In this document: positions 23,209 through 37,509 of the stretch, one piece after another | Layout of the letters: every line of letters starts with the position of its first letter | Position numbering within the stretch: the stretch's first letter is position 1 | NCBI GenBank assembly: GCA_963725865.1 | Contig: CAVSAC010000009.1 | Location: forward strand, 40,835-104,834 | DNA length: 64,000 nucleotides | Direction of reading: 5' to 3' | Source of the DNA: Candidatus Eiseniibacteriota bacterium | GTDB taxonomy: Bacteria; Eisenbacteria; RBG-16-71-46 | Program-made: the position numbers and the translations under genes | Notes under the pieces: model-generated | What the model was told of the DNA's origin: nothing | Database searches by the model: none | What the model saw: the letters and a program-made list of their open reading frames with translations, nothing else

Positions 23209-25676
23209 GAGTCCTCCTGGGTGGTGGGTGACCGTTCCACGATGCGGCGGAATCCCGGGTCGTCGCGCAGCGTCGCCAGGCCGGGGCTGTGCAGCAGGCG
23301 CCCGACCGCGAGCCCGTGACGCACCGCCGCTTCGATCCAGTGCAGCGCCTGCTCGCGCTCGCCGGCGTCGTTGCACACCGATCCGGCGATCATCATCACG
23401 TTCGCGTCCCCGGGCGCCCGCTCCAGCGCGTGCGTGATCGCCTCGATCGCGCCCCGGTGGTCCCGGCGGTTGCCGAGGGCGATGGCGAGGTACGCCCAGT
23501 CGTCGGCGTCCTGGGGGTCGCGCTCCAGGCGCGCCCGCAGCAGCGCGATGGCGCGGTCGAACGCCTCGGTGGCGAGCGCGTCGTGCCCCGGCACGTGGAG
23601 GGCGACGCTGCCGATGTTGGTCCAGGTGCGCGCGTCGTCTGGCGCCAGCGCGGCGGCGCGCCGGTGGGCGTCGAGCGCGGCATCGAGCCGGCCGAGGTAG
23701 AAGTTCGCGGTGCCGAGGTTGGTGTAGGCGCGCATCGTCGGCTGGATCGCGAGCGAGCGCTCGCACGCAGCGACCGCGTCGTCGTAGCGGTCCATCTGCA
23801 GGTACGCCGCCGCCAGGTTGTAGTGGGCGCGGGCGTTGTCCGGCGTGTGCTCGGTCACGCGGGTCCAGGCCTCGATCGCCTCGGCGTAGCGGGTGCGGCG
23901 GAACAGGAACACGCCGTACCAGCTGTGCGCGGGCCAGTGCCGTGGATGGCGCTCGATGGCGTCGCGGAAGGTCGCCTCGGCCTCGGCGTCGCGCCCGAGC
24001 GCGTCGCACGCGCGGGCGATGCCGACCAGCGCGTCCGGCGAGGGCTGGCGCGCGTGGGAGGCCCGGAACGCCTCGAGCGCCTCGGCGTGCCGCCCGGTGG
24101 TGAGGTGCACCTCGCCGAGCGCCAGCCGCACCTCGGGCGCCTCGGGGTCGAGCCCCAGCGCCCGCTCGCACTGCGACGCGGCGCGGGCGTGCCACGCCGG
24201 CTCGTGGGTGAGCCGCAGCTTCTGCAGGAACGCGCGCGCGAGCGCGGCGTGCACCGCGGCGCCCCCGTCGCCGCTCTCGACCAGGCGCTCGAGTCGCGCG
24301 ATGGCGCCGTCCACCGCGGCCTCGTTGTCGTAGCGCTGCAGGGAGCCCACCGCCTGGAGGTAGCGCTCGCGTGCCGCGGGATCGCGGGCGGCGCGACGGG
24401 CCGGGCCGGCTCCACCCGCGTCCAGCGCCCGCGCCACGCTCGCGGCGAGGCGGTCCTCCAGGTCGAGGGGGTCGTCGGTCGTGCCATCGAGCACATCGGC
24501 CGCGAGCTGGAGCCCGGCCCGCGGCTCCACCGCGGTCCAGGTGACACGCAGCCGCCGGCCGGAGCGTCGCAGCGTGCCGCGCACCAGCAGGTTCGCGCCC
24601 AGCCGGCGCGCGAGCGCCGCGTCGGGCTCGGCGCCGCCGTCGCTGGCGTCCGGGACCGCGACCACCTGGATCCCGCTCGCGCGCGCGAGCGCGGCGCGCA
24701 GCGAGGTCGCGAAGCCGCTCGCGGAGGGACCGGGGTGGGTCCGCTCGCCGGCCTCACCCTCCAGCTCCTCGAACGGCAGCACCGCCACGAAGAGGCGCTC
24801 CGGCATCCGCGCACTGGCCGGCAGCGGCGGATCCTCGCGCCGCTCCCCCGCGGCGGTCGCGCCGCTCGTGGTCGCGATCGCGCGCAGCGCCATGGCGACC
24901 GCGTGCGCATCGCTCGGCCGCTCGCCTGGGCCCTTGGCCAGCAGCTGCAGGATCAGCGCCTCGAGCGCGGCCGGCGCGTCGGGCCGGCGCTCGCGCAGGG
25001 GCGGAGGCGGCAGGTTGGCGGCGCCGTAGAGCACCGCCTCGGCGACCGCGCCACGGAACGGGGGCTCGCCGGCGACTGCCTCGTAGAGCACCACGCCGAG
25101 GCCGTAGAGATCGCTCTGCGGCGTCGCCTCGCCGCCGCGGGCGACCTCGGGCGCGAGGTAGGCGACGGTGCCGAGCGTCACGCCGCTGGTGGTGTGGCGC
25201 GACTGCCCGGCGGCGCGCGCGAGCCCGAAGTCGAGCACGAACACCCGCCCGTCGCGCGCGCGCATGAGGTTGCGCGCGGTGACGTCGCGGTGCACCACTC
25301 CCTGGCCGTGCGCGTGGGCCAGCGCCTCCGCCGCCGCGATGCCGATGCGGACCACCTCGTCCGGGGGGAGCAGCCCGCGCGCCGCGAGCTCCGCGATGGT
25401 GTCGCCGTCGATCAGCGCGAAGGCGATGTAGACGGTGTCGCCCTGCTCGCCGTGGTCGAGCACCGCCGGGATCGCGGGGTGATCGAGCGCCGCGTGGGTG
25501 CGCGCCTCGTTGAGGAAGCGGCGCCGGTCACGCGGGTCACGCGCCAGGCCCTGGTCCAGCACCTTGAGAGCGACCGCGCGACCGAGCAGGGTGTCCTCGG
25601 CCCGCCACACCGTGGCCATGCCTCCGCGCCCGAGTGGAGCGGTGACGCGGAAACGCCCGATCGTGCGCCCGATCAT
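23205..25676 (-). CDS. Hanks-type protein kinase with TolB-N-like and TPR domains
   Basis: GRGGMATV, VALK, HRDVTARN, DFGLA, GTVAYLAPE, VAVLPF, multiple TPRs. Confidence 0.9.
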   Translation of the reverse strand: MIGRTIGRFRVTAPLGRGGMATVWRAEDTLLGRAVALKVLDQGLARDPRDRRRFLNEARTHAALDHPAIPAVLDHGEQGDTVYIAFALIDGDTIAELAARGLLPPDEVVRIGIAAAEALAHAHGQGVVHRDVTARNLMRARDGRVFVLDFGLARAAGQSRHTTSGVTLGTVAYLAPEVARGGEATPQSDLYGLGVVLYEAVAGEPPFRGAVAEAVLYGAANLPPPPLRERRPDAPAALEALILQLLAKGPGERPSDAHAVAMALRAIATTSGATAAGERREDPPLPASARMPERLFVAVLPFEELEGEAGERTHPGPSASGFATSLRAALARASGIQVVAVPDASDGGAEPDAALARRLGANLLVRGTLRRSGRRLRVTWTAVEPRAGLQLAADVLDGTTDDPLDLEDRLAASVARALDAGGAGPARRAARDPAARERYLQAVGSLQRYDNEAAVDGAIARLERLVESGDGGAAVHAALARAFLQKLRLTHEPAWHARAASQCERALGLDPEAPEVRLALGEVHLTTGRHAEALEAFRASHARQPSPDALVGIARACDALGRDAEAEATFRDAIERHPRHWPAHSWYGVFLFRRTRYAEAIEAWTRVTEHTPDNARAHYNLAAAYLQMDRYDDAVAACERSLAIQPTMRAYTNLGTANFYLGRLDAALDAHRRAAALAPDDARTWTNIGSVALHVPGHDALATEAFDRAIALLRARLERDPQDADDWAYLAIALGNRRDHRGAIEAITHALERAPGDANVMMIAGSVCNDAGEREQALHWIEAAVRHGLAVGRLLHSPGLATLRDDPGFRRIVERSPTTQEDS

Positions 25677-25911
25677 GGGATCGGGCGCGCGAGGGGGCGC
25701 GCGGCGCGGCGTGGGGTGCGGCGCGGACGGCTCAGCCGAAGCCTCCGGGGTCGAGAGGATCGGGATCGGGTCGCGGCACGATAGCGCGGCCGATGGCTCC
25801 GCGCCACGGCCAAGCGCGGCGGCCGGCGGCCGCGGCGCAGCCGGCGCCCGGCCTCGGAACCGAGGGCAGGGCCACCCGCGGCCCCTCGCCGTGGGCGGCC
25901 GACGCCGGTCC

Positions 25912-27450
<1,539 letters not shown>

Positions 27451-27616
27451 GGCGCTCGTTCCTTGGTCCGGGGATGAGGTGTTTCCGAGGTGCGGTGGAC
27501 TATAGCCCGGGACCCGCCAGGGATGTGAGGGGGAACTCGCGTCCTCGGAGCGCGCGGCCACGGCCGCACCGGCAGGTCGTGGCCCGCGCGGCCAAGGCCG
27601 GCGCGGCCTCGGCGGC

Positions 27617-28431
27617 TCAGCCCCGCATCGCGCGCGCGCCCAGCGCGGTCGCGACCACCACGATCAGGCCGAACCCGACCTCGCTAAGGCCGAAGCGCGG
27701 GATGCTGGTGCGCACCCGCCAGCGCGACAGGCCGAAGGCGGCGCGCAGCGCGAGCAGCGCGATCGCCGCCAGCGCATGCCAGGGCGCCACGCCGGCGCGC
27801 ACCAGCAGCGCCACCGCGGCCAGCCCCGCCGGCTGCGCCGCCAGCGCGAGACCGCGCGGCGCCGGCTCGCCGCGGTCGAGGCGCAGGCGCGCGCGCACGA
27901 ACAGCACCGAGGGCACGATGCGGGTGGCGAGCACGCCCCAGGCGCCGAACGCCAACGGCAATGAGTATCCGGCGGCGAGCGGGATCGCCGCGGCGGTGGC
28001 GGCGAGCGCGAGGGCGCCCGCCAGCTCGGAGGCGAGCGCGCGCGAGCGCGCGCCGAGGTCGAACGCCAGCGCCAGCGCGGCGAGCGGCGCCGCCAGGCCG
28101 AGCGCCAGCCGCAGCGGCCCGCGTGCCAGCACCAGGGCCGCGGCCAGCGCCAGCGCCGCGAGCAGGGCGAGCAGCGCGAACGCGCGCTCGGCCGCGGCGG
28201 TGCGCGGGTAGCGCCGACCGCGGCGCCGGTCGCCCATCCACAGCCGCAGCGGCTGGCGCGCCAGGAAGCCCGCCAGCGCGGCGAGCGCCACCAGCACCCC
28301 GGCCCACGAGGGCGCGAGCGCGAGGCCGAGCGCCAGCGGCTCGCCCAGGAACGCCCAACCGCCGTGCTCGGTCGGCATCACGATGCGCGACCAGTCCACG
28401 GCGGCCGGGCGCGGCGCGGTCGGCGTCGGGC

Positions 28432-28435
<4 letters not shown>
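27617..28435 (-). CDS. YwiC-like membrane protein
   Basis: [11 protein letters not shown] motif; hydrophobic; GTGA overlap with the ABC gene. Confidence 0.75.
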
Positions 28436-30334
<1,899 letters not shown>

Positions 30335-30342
<8 letters not shown>

Positions 30343-31711
30343 GCGCGAGTGCCTCCTTCAGGTCGTGGATGATGTCGGCCGGGTCCTCGATGCCGAGCGA
30401 CATGCGCACGCCCCCCGGCTCGATGCCCGCGAGCCGCTGCTCCCTGGGCGGCACCGCGGCGTGGGTCATCGACGCCGGGTGCTCGACCAGCGTGCGCACC
30501 TGGCCCAGGCTCACCGCCAGCGTGATGGCGAGTGAGTGCGCGGCGAGGTGATCCATCATGCGCGCGCCGCGGCGGCGCGCCTGGGCCGGCGTGCCCTTGA
30601 GCACGAACGACACCAGGATGCCGGGCGCGAAGCGACCGTCCGGGCTGCGCATCTGGCGTCTCGCCAGCGCGTACTGGGGGTGCGAGGGCAGACCCGGGTA
30701 GCGCACGTACGACACCTTGGGGTGCCGCTCCAGGAAGCGCGCGACCTCGAGCGCGATCTCCTGCTGGCGCCGACTACGCAGGCTCAGCGAGGGCAGGCCG
30801 TACACCAGCGCCGGCCACGCGCAGCGCGGCGAGAGCGGGCCGCCGAAGTCCTTGCGATAGAGCAGCAGGTCGCTCTCGAGCAGGCGCGGGCCGATCACCG
30901 CGCCGCCCATGTCGGTGCCGAAGCCGCCGAGGTTCTTGGTCAGGCTGTGCACCACCAGGTCGATGCCGTGTTCGAGCGGGCGCTGGCTGAACGGCGACGC
31001 GAAGGTGTTGTCGACGACGGTGTAGATGCGGCGATGCCGCCGCCCGCCGAGGCGCCGCGCGCGCGCCGCGTTGGCGCGCCGCACCGCGGCGGCGGTCGCG
31101 CGCAGGTCGATCAGGTCGAGCGTGGGATTGCACGGGGTCTCGAAGTACACCGCCATCACGTCGTCCCGGGCGATCGCCCGGGCGAACGCCTCGGGATCGT
31201 TGAAGTCCACGAAGTCGACGTGGATGCCGTAGCGCGGATACCAGTTGGCGAACAGCGAGTAGGTGCAGCCGTAGAGCGTGGGGTGCGCGACCACGCGGTC
31301 GCCGGTGCGCAGCAGCACGCCGAGCGACGCCGCGACCGCGGCCATGCCGGTGGCGAAGCACAGGCAGCGCTCGCCGCCCTCCAGCATCGCCAGATTCTCC
31401 TCGAGCTGGCCGCGCGTCGGCTCGTCGAGACGGTCGTAGATGTAGATGGGCGCGTGCCGCGCGCGGTCCAGGTCGGGGTTGGCGAACTCCATGAAGCCCG
31501 CCGCGCCACGCTTCACGCTCTCGAGCCGGTAGGCGGCCGATGCCGACTGCGGCGGCACGATGTGATCGGAGTAGTTCCAGTGCTCGGTGTGGAAGCGCCC
31601 GTGCACCTGGACGGTGTCGGGGCGATAGCGCTCCTCGATCCGGGTCGCCTGCCGCCCGTACGGATGGGCAGCCGGGCGCCGGGGAGCGCGGCGCGTGCGG
31701 CGCGGAGCCAT
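30335..31711 (-). CDS. PLP-dependent trans-sulfuration enzyme (methionine gamma-lyase / cystathionine lyase family)
   Basis: [37 protein letters not shown] (PLP Lys), AVSLG, HPASMTH. Confidence 0.9.
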
Positions 31712-31746
31712 GCTCGACCTCCTCGCGATGCGGCGGGTGGGTGGCG

Positions 31747-32742
31747 TCAACGCACGCGCGCGGAGCGCGGGCGCAGACGCACGACGTCGTCGATCTTGGC
31801 GGGGTCGTCGGGGAACATCCCGACGCGCGCCAGGCGCGGCACCAGGTCCGCCCAGCGCGGCTCGGCCGCGAACACGCCGCGGAACGTCTCGCGCGCCTCG
31901 GCCTCGTGCCCGGTGGTGTACATCGAGACCGCGGCCCAGAAGCGTAGCTCCACGACGTCGGGGGCGAGCCGCGCCGCCTCGGCGTAGGCGGCGAGCGCGG
32001 AATCGGGCTGGTTCGCGGCGATGAAGTTGTCGCCCGCGTCCTCGCGCAGGTAGGCGCGGCGCAGCGTCACCAGCCGGCGCAGCTCCTTGAGCGGCTACGG
32101 GTGATCCTCGACGCGCAGGTCGTAGAGCCGGTCCTCCCACGGCTTGCCGCTGCCGTGCGCGCGCACGATCAGCAGCGCCGCCGACTGGCGCCCGCGGATG
32201 TCGCCGCCCGCGGCCTCGGCCGCGTCGAGAGCGGCCAGCAGGCGCTCGGCGAGGTCGCCGCGCGCGCCTCGTAGGCGCGCGCTCATCGCCGGCCACACTC
32301 GCGGGTTCGCCATCAGGTTCGCCTGCACCGAGTACTGCGCGCCCGGTGACGTTCCCGGCGTCGGGGATGCAGAGCCGGCCGGTGTGCGCGGCGACATCGC
32401 CGCGCGCGTCCACCATCGCCACCTGGCGGACCGCGGGATTGCGGATCGGCGCGCAGCAGCGAGTCGAGCGCCTGCGCGCGCGCTGAAGCCGCCGCGCATC
32501 AGCGCCAGACCGTCGGGGCCGTAGTCGACCCGCACCAGCGACTGCGTCGCCACCGCGCCCACGCCGGCCTCGGCCCACGGCACCACGGTGCCGACCGAGA
32601 AGTAGTGCGACTGCACCGCCACGCCGATCTCGCCGGTGACGGAGTCACGGGCGACGATGGAGTAGGTGTGCGCGAGCGGCTGCGGCGGAGCGCCCGGTGG
32701 GACCAGCGCGAGGGCGAGGAGTGCGGAGGAAAGCGAGGTCAT
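31747..32742 (-). CDS. DUF1028 family (Ntn-hydrolase-like) protein with C-terminal TPR-like region; in-frame TAG at 32095-32097
   Basis: TYSIVARD..TGEIGVAVQS, GAVATQS, GGDIRGRQSAAL, LRVEDHP*PLKELRRL. Confidence 0.8.
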
Positions 32743-32986
32743 CGCGCGCATCATAGCGCCGCGTCGGGCCCGAGGCGAGCCACGCCCCGGCGCCGGGCCC
32801 GTGGCCGTGGCCGCCGCCCCCGCCAGGGTCACGCCCGTGGCGCGTGCCGCGGCCCGGCGGGCCGATGCTCCGCGTCTGACGCCCGGACCGCGAGCGCGCG
32901 GTGGAGCACGGACGGCCCCGGCCCACGCCACGGGAACCGCCCGCGCGGCGCGGGCCACGCGGGCGGTGGTGCTGCGGAGCGCGGGG

Positions 32987-33799
32987 TCAGGCGGTGGCGC
33001 GCACGCAGGTGCCGGTCTGCAGGTCGAGCACGTAGGTCCACAGGCCGTTGACGGTGACCCGCGCGTAGCGCGTGCCGTCGAAGGTCACGGTCACGTCGGC
33101 GACCAGGTGGGCGGCGACGTCGCTGCGGCTGCCGCTGCGCAGCCGGTCGGCCTTCACCCGCCACGCCGCGCTGCCCGAGATCGGCCACGGGTGGTCGGCC
33201 ACCGGCTTGAGCCAGCGCACGTCCATCAGCGCGCCCGCGCTCTCCATGTAGAAGTGGCAGGTGCGCAGCGAGTCCATCGAGACGAACGCGCTCTGGCAGG
33301 TGTCGTTGGCCACACCGCTGAAGCGCAGCGTGTCCTGGAGCGACGAGATGCCGCGCGCGTCGAGCGACGACGAGAACCCGCGCGTGGCGCTGAAGCGCGG
33401 GCCGCTGAAGGAGCCCGCGGCGGTGCTCATCGTCAGCATGCGCGTGGTCAGCACCGGGTCGAACTGCGCCATCTCGCCGCCACCGGCGTCGTAGAACGCG
33501 CGCACGATGTGCCAGGTCATGCCGCCGGCGACGAACGTGGTGTCGTTCGAGACCGCGCTGGCGCGCGCCAGGTCGACGGGCGCCGGACGGGTCGCCGTCG
33601 GCACGGTGGAGCTGCCGAGCGTGCCCATCATGCCGCCGTTGTCGGCGCCCATCGCGGCGCCGACCTGCAGCGCCACGTCGTCGGCATCGGCCTGGCTGAG
33701 CGCGGTGGGCGCGGTGAGGCCGGCGGTGCCGCAGCCGGCCGCGAGCGGGGCGAGGGCGAGCAGCGCGGCGAGCGCGAGGCGGGGAAGACGCGGGTGCAT
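32987..33799 (-). CDS. Hypothetical lipoprotein
   Basis: GGAGG RBS; lipobox LAAGC; beta-rich body. Confidence 0.7.
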   Translation of the reverse strand: MHPRLPRLALAALLALAPLAAGCGTAGLTAPTALSQADADDVALQVGAAMGADNGGMMGTLGSSTVPTATRPAPVDLARASAVSNDTTFVAGGMTWHIVRAFYDAGGGEMAQFDPVLTTRMLTMSTAAGSFSGPRFSATRGFSSSLDARGISSLQDTLRFSGVANDTCQSAFVSMDSLRTCHFYMESAGALMDVRWLKPVADHPWPISGSAAWRVKADRLRSGSRSDVAAHLVADVTVTFDGTRYARVTVNGLWTYVLDLQTGTCVRATA

Positions 33800-33963
33800 C
33801 GGGACCTCCGGAGCAGGACGGCGGTGGAGCGGTGTCACAGGGCCGTCGGAGGACCGCAAGCGATGTGCCACGCGTCGCGGCCAAGGGCCTCGCGGCGATG
33901 AGGCCTCACGCGCCGCGCGGAACGTGCATCCTGCACGGCGCGGCGCGCGTCGTGCGGCGGGCG

Positions 33964-36186
33964 TCACGCGGCGCGGCGCGCGGCGAGCAGGTCGCTCACG
34001 CGCGCCTCGAGCGCGCCCATCTCGAATGGCTTGCCGATGAACTCCACGCTCGCCTCGAGCACGCCCTGGCACACCGCCTGGTCGTCGGTGTAGCCCGACA
34101 TGAACAGCACCTTCATCTCGGGTCGCCTCGGGCCCAGCTGCTCGGCCAGCTCGCGCCCGTTCAGGCCCGGCATCCTCACGTCGGTGATCATGAGCGCGAT
34201 CGGCCCCGCGTGCCGCGCCGCCACCTCGAGCGCCTGGTGGGCGTCGCAGCAGGCCAGCACCTGGTAGCCGAAGGTCTCGAGCGCCTGGTGCATCATCTCG
34301 CGCACCGCGGCGTCGTCCTCGACCAGCAGCAGCGTGGCGCCGGCGTGCGCGCCCGGCCGCGCCCGCGCCGCGCTCGGCACCTCCGCCGGCGCCTCCGCCG
34401 CGCCCTCGCGCGGCAGCAGCACGCGGAACACCGAGCCGCGGCCCGGCGCGCTCTCGCCCTCGAGACGTCCCCCGCACTCCGCCGCCAGGCTCTGCGCGGT
34501 CGCCAGGCTGGCACCGGGGTCGGCGTCGCCGAGCGCGGGCGCGTGATCGCCGGCGAGGCGGCGCGCGAGCGCGTCCGGATCCATCCCGGCGCCGCTGTCG
34601 CCGACCGCGAGGACGACCCAGCCGATCGGATTGGCGCCATGGGGCGCACCCTCGACGGTGAGGGTGAGGCGTCCGCCGCGCGGCAGGGCGGCGCGCCCGT
34701 TGAGCGCCAGGTTCATCACCACCTGCTCGATCCGGCCGCGATCGGCGCGTACCGCCCACGTCCCGGGCGCGACGTGCACATTCACCTGCACGTCCTCGCC
34801 GAGCAGGCGCACCAGCATGGACTGCATGTCGCCGACCAGCGCGCCCACGTCCACGACCGCGTCCCCGTGGCCGCGCGTGCGCCCGAAATCGAGCAGCTGC
34901 TGGGTGAGCGCGGTGGCGCGCCGCGCCGCCTTCCAGATCTCGTGCGCGTGGCCGCGCGCGCTGGCGCTGCCGGCGCCGTTGAGCTCGCCCAGCAGCAGCT
35001 GGGTGTAACCCACGACCGCGGTGACCAGGTTGTTGAAGTCGTGCGCCACGCCACTGGCGAGCCGCCCCACGGTCTCGAGCCGCTGCGCCTCGCGCAGGCG
35101 CGCCTCGAAGCGGCGGCGCGCGCCGCTGTCGCGCACCAGCACCAGCATCACGGGACGCCCGTCGTGGACGAGGGGGCGCGCCAGCAGGTCCACGACCAGG
35201 GTCCCGCCATCGCGACGATGATGGCGGGCCTCCTGGACGCGGTGGAGCCCGTCGGGCTCGCGCTCGCCCCAGCGCGGCCCGCGCGCCTCACCGGAGCGCG
35301 GCCACAGGTCGTCGACGCGCAGCGCCAGGAAGGCCTCGCGGCTGTAGCCGTAGAACGTGAGCGCCGCGGCGTTCACCGCCAGCACCTGCTCGGTGCTGGT
35401 CTCCGCCACCCATACCGGCTCGGGATGGCCGTCGAACAGCGCGCGGTAGCGCTGCTCGCCGGCCTGCCACTCGCGGCGCTCGGTCTCGGCCCGGTCGGCG
35501 CGCTGCGCGGCGCGGGCGACGCGCAGCGAGAGCCACAGCAGCGCGGCGAGCGCGGTGAGCGCGGCGACCAGCGGACCGCTGAGCGCGAGCCGCTGCGCCG
35601 CGTCCACGCTCACCGACAGGGCCTGCCCGCCCTGGTCCAGCGCCTGGTGGAGCCTGATGTAGGCCGGATCGACGAAGCGCTCGTCGTGCTCGTGCGCCGC
35701 GTCGGGCTGGCCGCGCCGGTAGAGCTCCACCTCGATGTCGAGCTGCGTCACGTATTCGCGGCAGGCCCGCTCCACGCGCGCGGTCGGGATGTCGTCCGCG
35801 GTGCTGCGCAGCGACACCAGCGCGTACGACATGCGCTGGCGCGCGCGCCTCAGCGCCCGCTCCAGCTCGGGGGTGAGGGTGCGCCCGGCGGCGAGACGCC
35901 ACTCCTGCGCGTTCACCTCGTGGAGGGCGGACTCGAGTCGGGCCATGTGCAGCGTGGAGGCGGTCTCGCGCTCGGCGCGCACCTGGAACCACACGAACGC
36001 GGCGGTGGCGGCGATGAGCACGAGCGCGGCCAGCAGCGTCGCGGGGCTCGCGTCATTGGCGAAGCGCACGCACGCGGCGAACGCCGAGCGGCCCCGCGTG
36101 AGCGGGGCGAGGATGGATCGCGGCCGGACCTCCGGCCCGGGACGGCCGTCGCTCACGGTGAGGATCCTCTGAAGGGTACGCGGCAC
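33964..36186 (-). CDS. Membrane-bound PAS hybrid histidine kinase with degenerate ATPase lid (start uncertain)
   Basis: 2 TM, PAS, AHDFNNL, NLALNG, DSGAGM, receiver TDVRMPG/MSGY/KPF. Confidence 0.8.
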   Translation of the reverse strand: MPRTLQRILTVSDGRPGPEVRPRSILAPLTRGRSAFAACVRFANDASPATLLAALVLIAATAAFVWFQVRAERETASTLHMARLESALHEVNAQEWRLAAGRTLTPELERALRRARQRMSYALVSLRSTADDIPTARVERACREYVTQLDIEVELYRRGQPDAAHEHDERFVDPAYIRLHQALDQGGQALSVSVDAAQRLALSGPLVAALTALAALLWLSLRVARAAQRADRAETERREWQAGEQRYRALFDGHPEPVWVAETSTEQVLAVNAAALTFYGYSREAFLALRVDDLWPRSGEARGPRWGEREPDGLHRVQEARHHRRDGGTLVVDLLARPLVHDGRPVMLVLVRDSGARRRFEARLREAQRLETVGRLASGVAHDFNNLVTAVVGYTQLLLGELNGAGSASARGHAHEIWKAARRATALTQQLLDFGRTRGHGDAVVDVGALVGDMQSMLVRLLGEDVQVNVHVAPGTWAVRADRGRIEQVVMNLALNGRAALPRGGRLTLTVEGAPHGANPIGWVVLAVGDSGAGMDPDALARRLAGDHAPALGDADPGASLATAQSLAAECGGRLEGESAPGRGSVFRVLLPREGAAEAPAEVPSAARARPGAHAGATLLLVEDDAAVREMMHQALETFGYQVLACCDAHQALEVAARHAGPIALMITDVRMPGLNGRELAEQLGPRRPEMKVLFMSGYTDDQAVCQGVLEASVEFIGKPFEMGALEARVSDLLAARRAA

Positions 36187-36285
36187 ACCAAGGGGCCCGG
36201 GTGATACAGGTCATCGGCCGGCCGGGCCGGACCCTTGAGCCGCGGCGCCGGGTGGGACCGAGCCCGCGCGGGGCGCGGGTGCGGG

Positions 36286-37509
36286 CTACACCGCGCCCCA
36301 GCGCGCGCCGAGCACCAGTGTGCCGGCGGGGTCGAGCGCGGCGCGCACCCGCGCGCGCAGCTCGCTCACGGCCACCTGGGGCGGCAGCGCCGGGACGACC
36401 TCGCCCGCGCCCACCGCGGCGGTGAGCGTGAAGCCCGCGGCGGCGAGGGTGCCGACCAGCGCCTGGGCGCGCGCCGGCTCGGGGAAGAGGTGCAGCCGGC
36501 CGGCCGGCGCATGGAACACCGCGTGGGCCGCCTCGGCGCTGCCCACGATCGGTGCCAGGGCCGCCGGCGTGTTGTCGGCGGTGGCGAACGTGAGCCGCGC
36601 GCGCTGCGTCTCCTCGAGATCGGCCAGCGCCTGGGTGAGCGCGACCACCTCGGCGCCCTCGATCGCGCGCGCCTCGGGGCCGAGCCGTTCGCGCGCCGCG
36701 GCGGCCTGGCGCTCGACCCACACCGCCTCGTCCTCGAACGCGATCACCACCGCGAACGCGCCCGCGCCCGCGAGCTCCGGCAGGCCCGACGCGGCGGCGC
36801 GTCCGAGCACCGTCACCAGCGCGGGCTCGAGGCGCGGCGCCCACGCCCAGCGCGCGGCGTCGGCGAGGGCGGCCGCGTCGAGTGGCCACACCAGCGCGCG
36901 GCGCGCCAGCGGCGCGGGACTGAGCTTGAGGCTCGCCTCGAGCAGCACCGCGAGCCCTCCGCGCGCGCCGCACAGCAGGCGGTGCACGGCGTAGCCGGCG
37001 ACGTTCTTGACCACGCGCCCGCCGGTGCGCGCCAGCGTGCCGTCGCCGAGCGCGAAGTGCGCCCCGAGGATGCGGTCGTGCGGCGCGCCGAAGCGCAGGC
37101 GGCGCGGGCCCGAGGCGTCGGCGGCGATGACGCCGCCGAGCGTGGCGCGCGCCGCCACCGCCGACTCCAGCGGCAGCTCCTGGCCCCGCGCGGCGAGCTG
37201 CGCGCGCAGCGTCGCCAGCGTGACGCCGCACTCGGCGGTGAGGGTGAAGTCCTCGGGCTCGTGCTCGACGATCCGATCGAGCGCGGTCAGCTCGAGCGCC
37301 ACGTCGTAGCGAGGCGGCGCCGCCAGGCGCGGCAGGCTCACGCCGCCGCCCCACGGCACCACGCCGAGCCCGTCGCGGGTCGCGGCGCGCAGCGCCTCCG
37401 CGACCTCCTCGCGCGCGACCGGACGCAGCGCCACGCGCGGCACCACGCCGCCGATGGCGAAGCGCGCCGGATCCAACGCGCGCGCCGCGCCGAGGCCGAG
37501 CGTGCTCAT
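36286..37509 (-). CDS. glcE: FAD-binding oxidoreductase, GlcE-like
   Basis: [42 protein letters not shown]. Confidence 0.8.
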   Translation of the reverse strand: MSTLGLGAARALDPARFAIGGVVPRVALRPVAREEVAEALRAATRDGLGVVPWGGGVSLPRLAAPPRYDVALELTALDRIVEHEPEDFTLTAECGVTLATLRAQLAARGQELPLESAVAARATLGGVIAADASGPRRLRFGAPHDRILGAHFALGDGTLARTGGRVVKNVAGYAVHRLLCGARGGLAVLLEASLKLSPAPLARRALVWPLDAAALADAARWAWAPRLEPALVTVLGRAAASGLPELAGAGAFAVVIAFEDEAVWVERQAAAARERLGPEARAIEGAEVVALTQALADLEETQRARLTFATADNTPAALAPIVGSAEAAHAVFHAPAGRLHLFPEPARAQALVGTLAAAGFTLTAAVGAGEVVPALPPQVAVSELRARVRAALDPAGTLVLGARWGAV

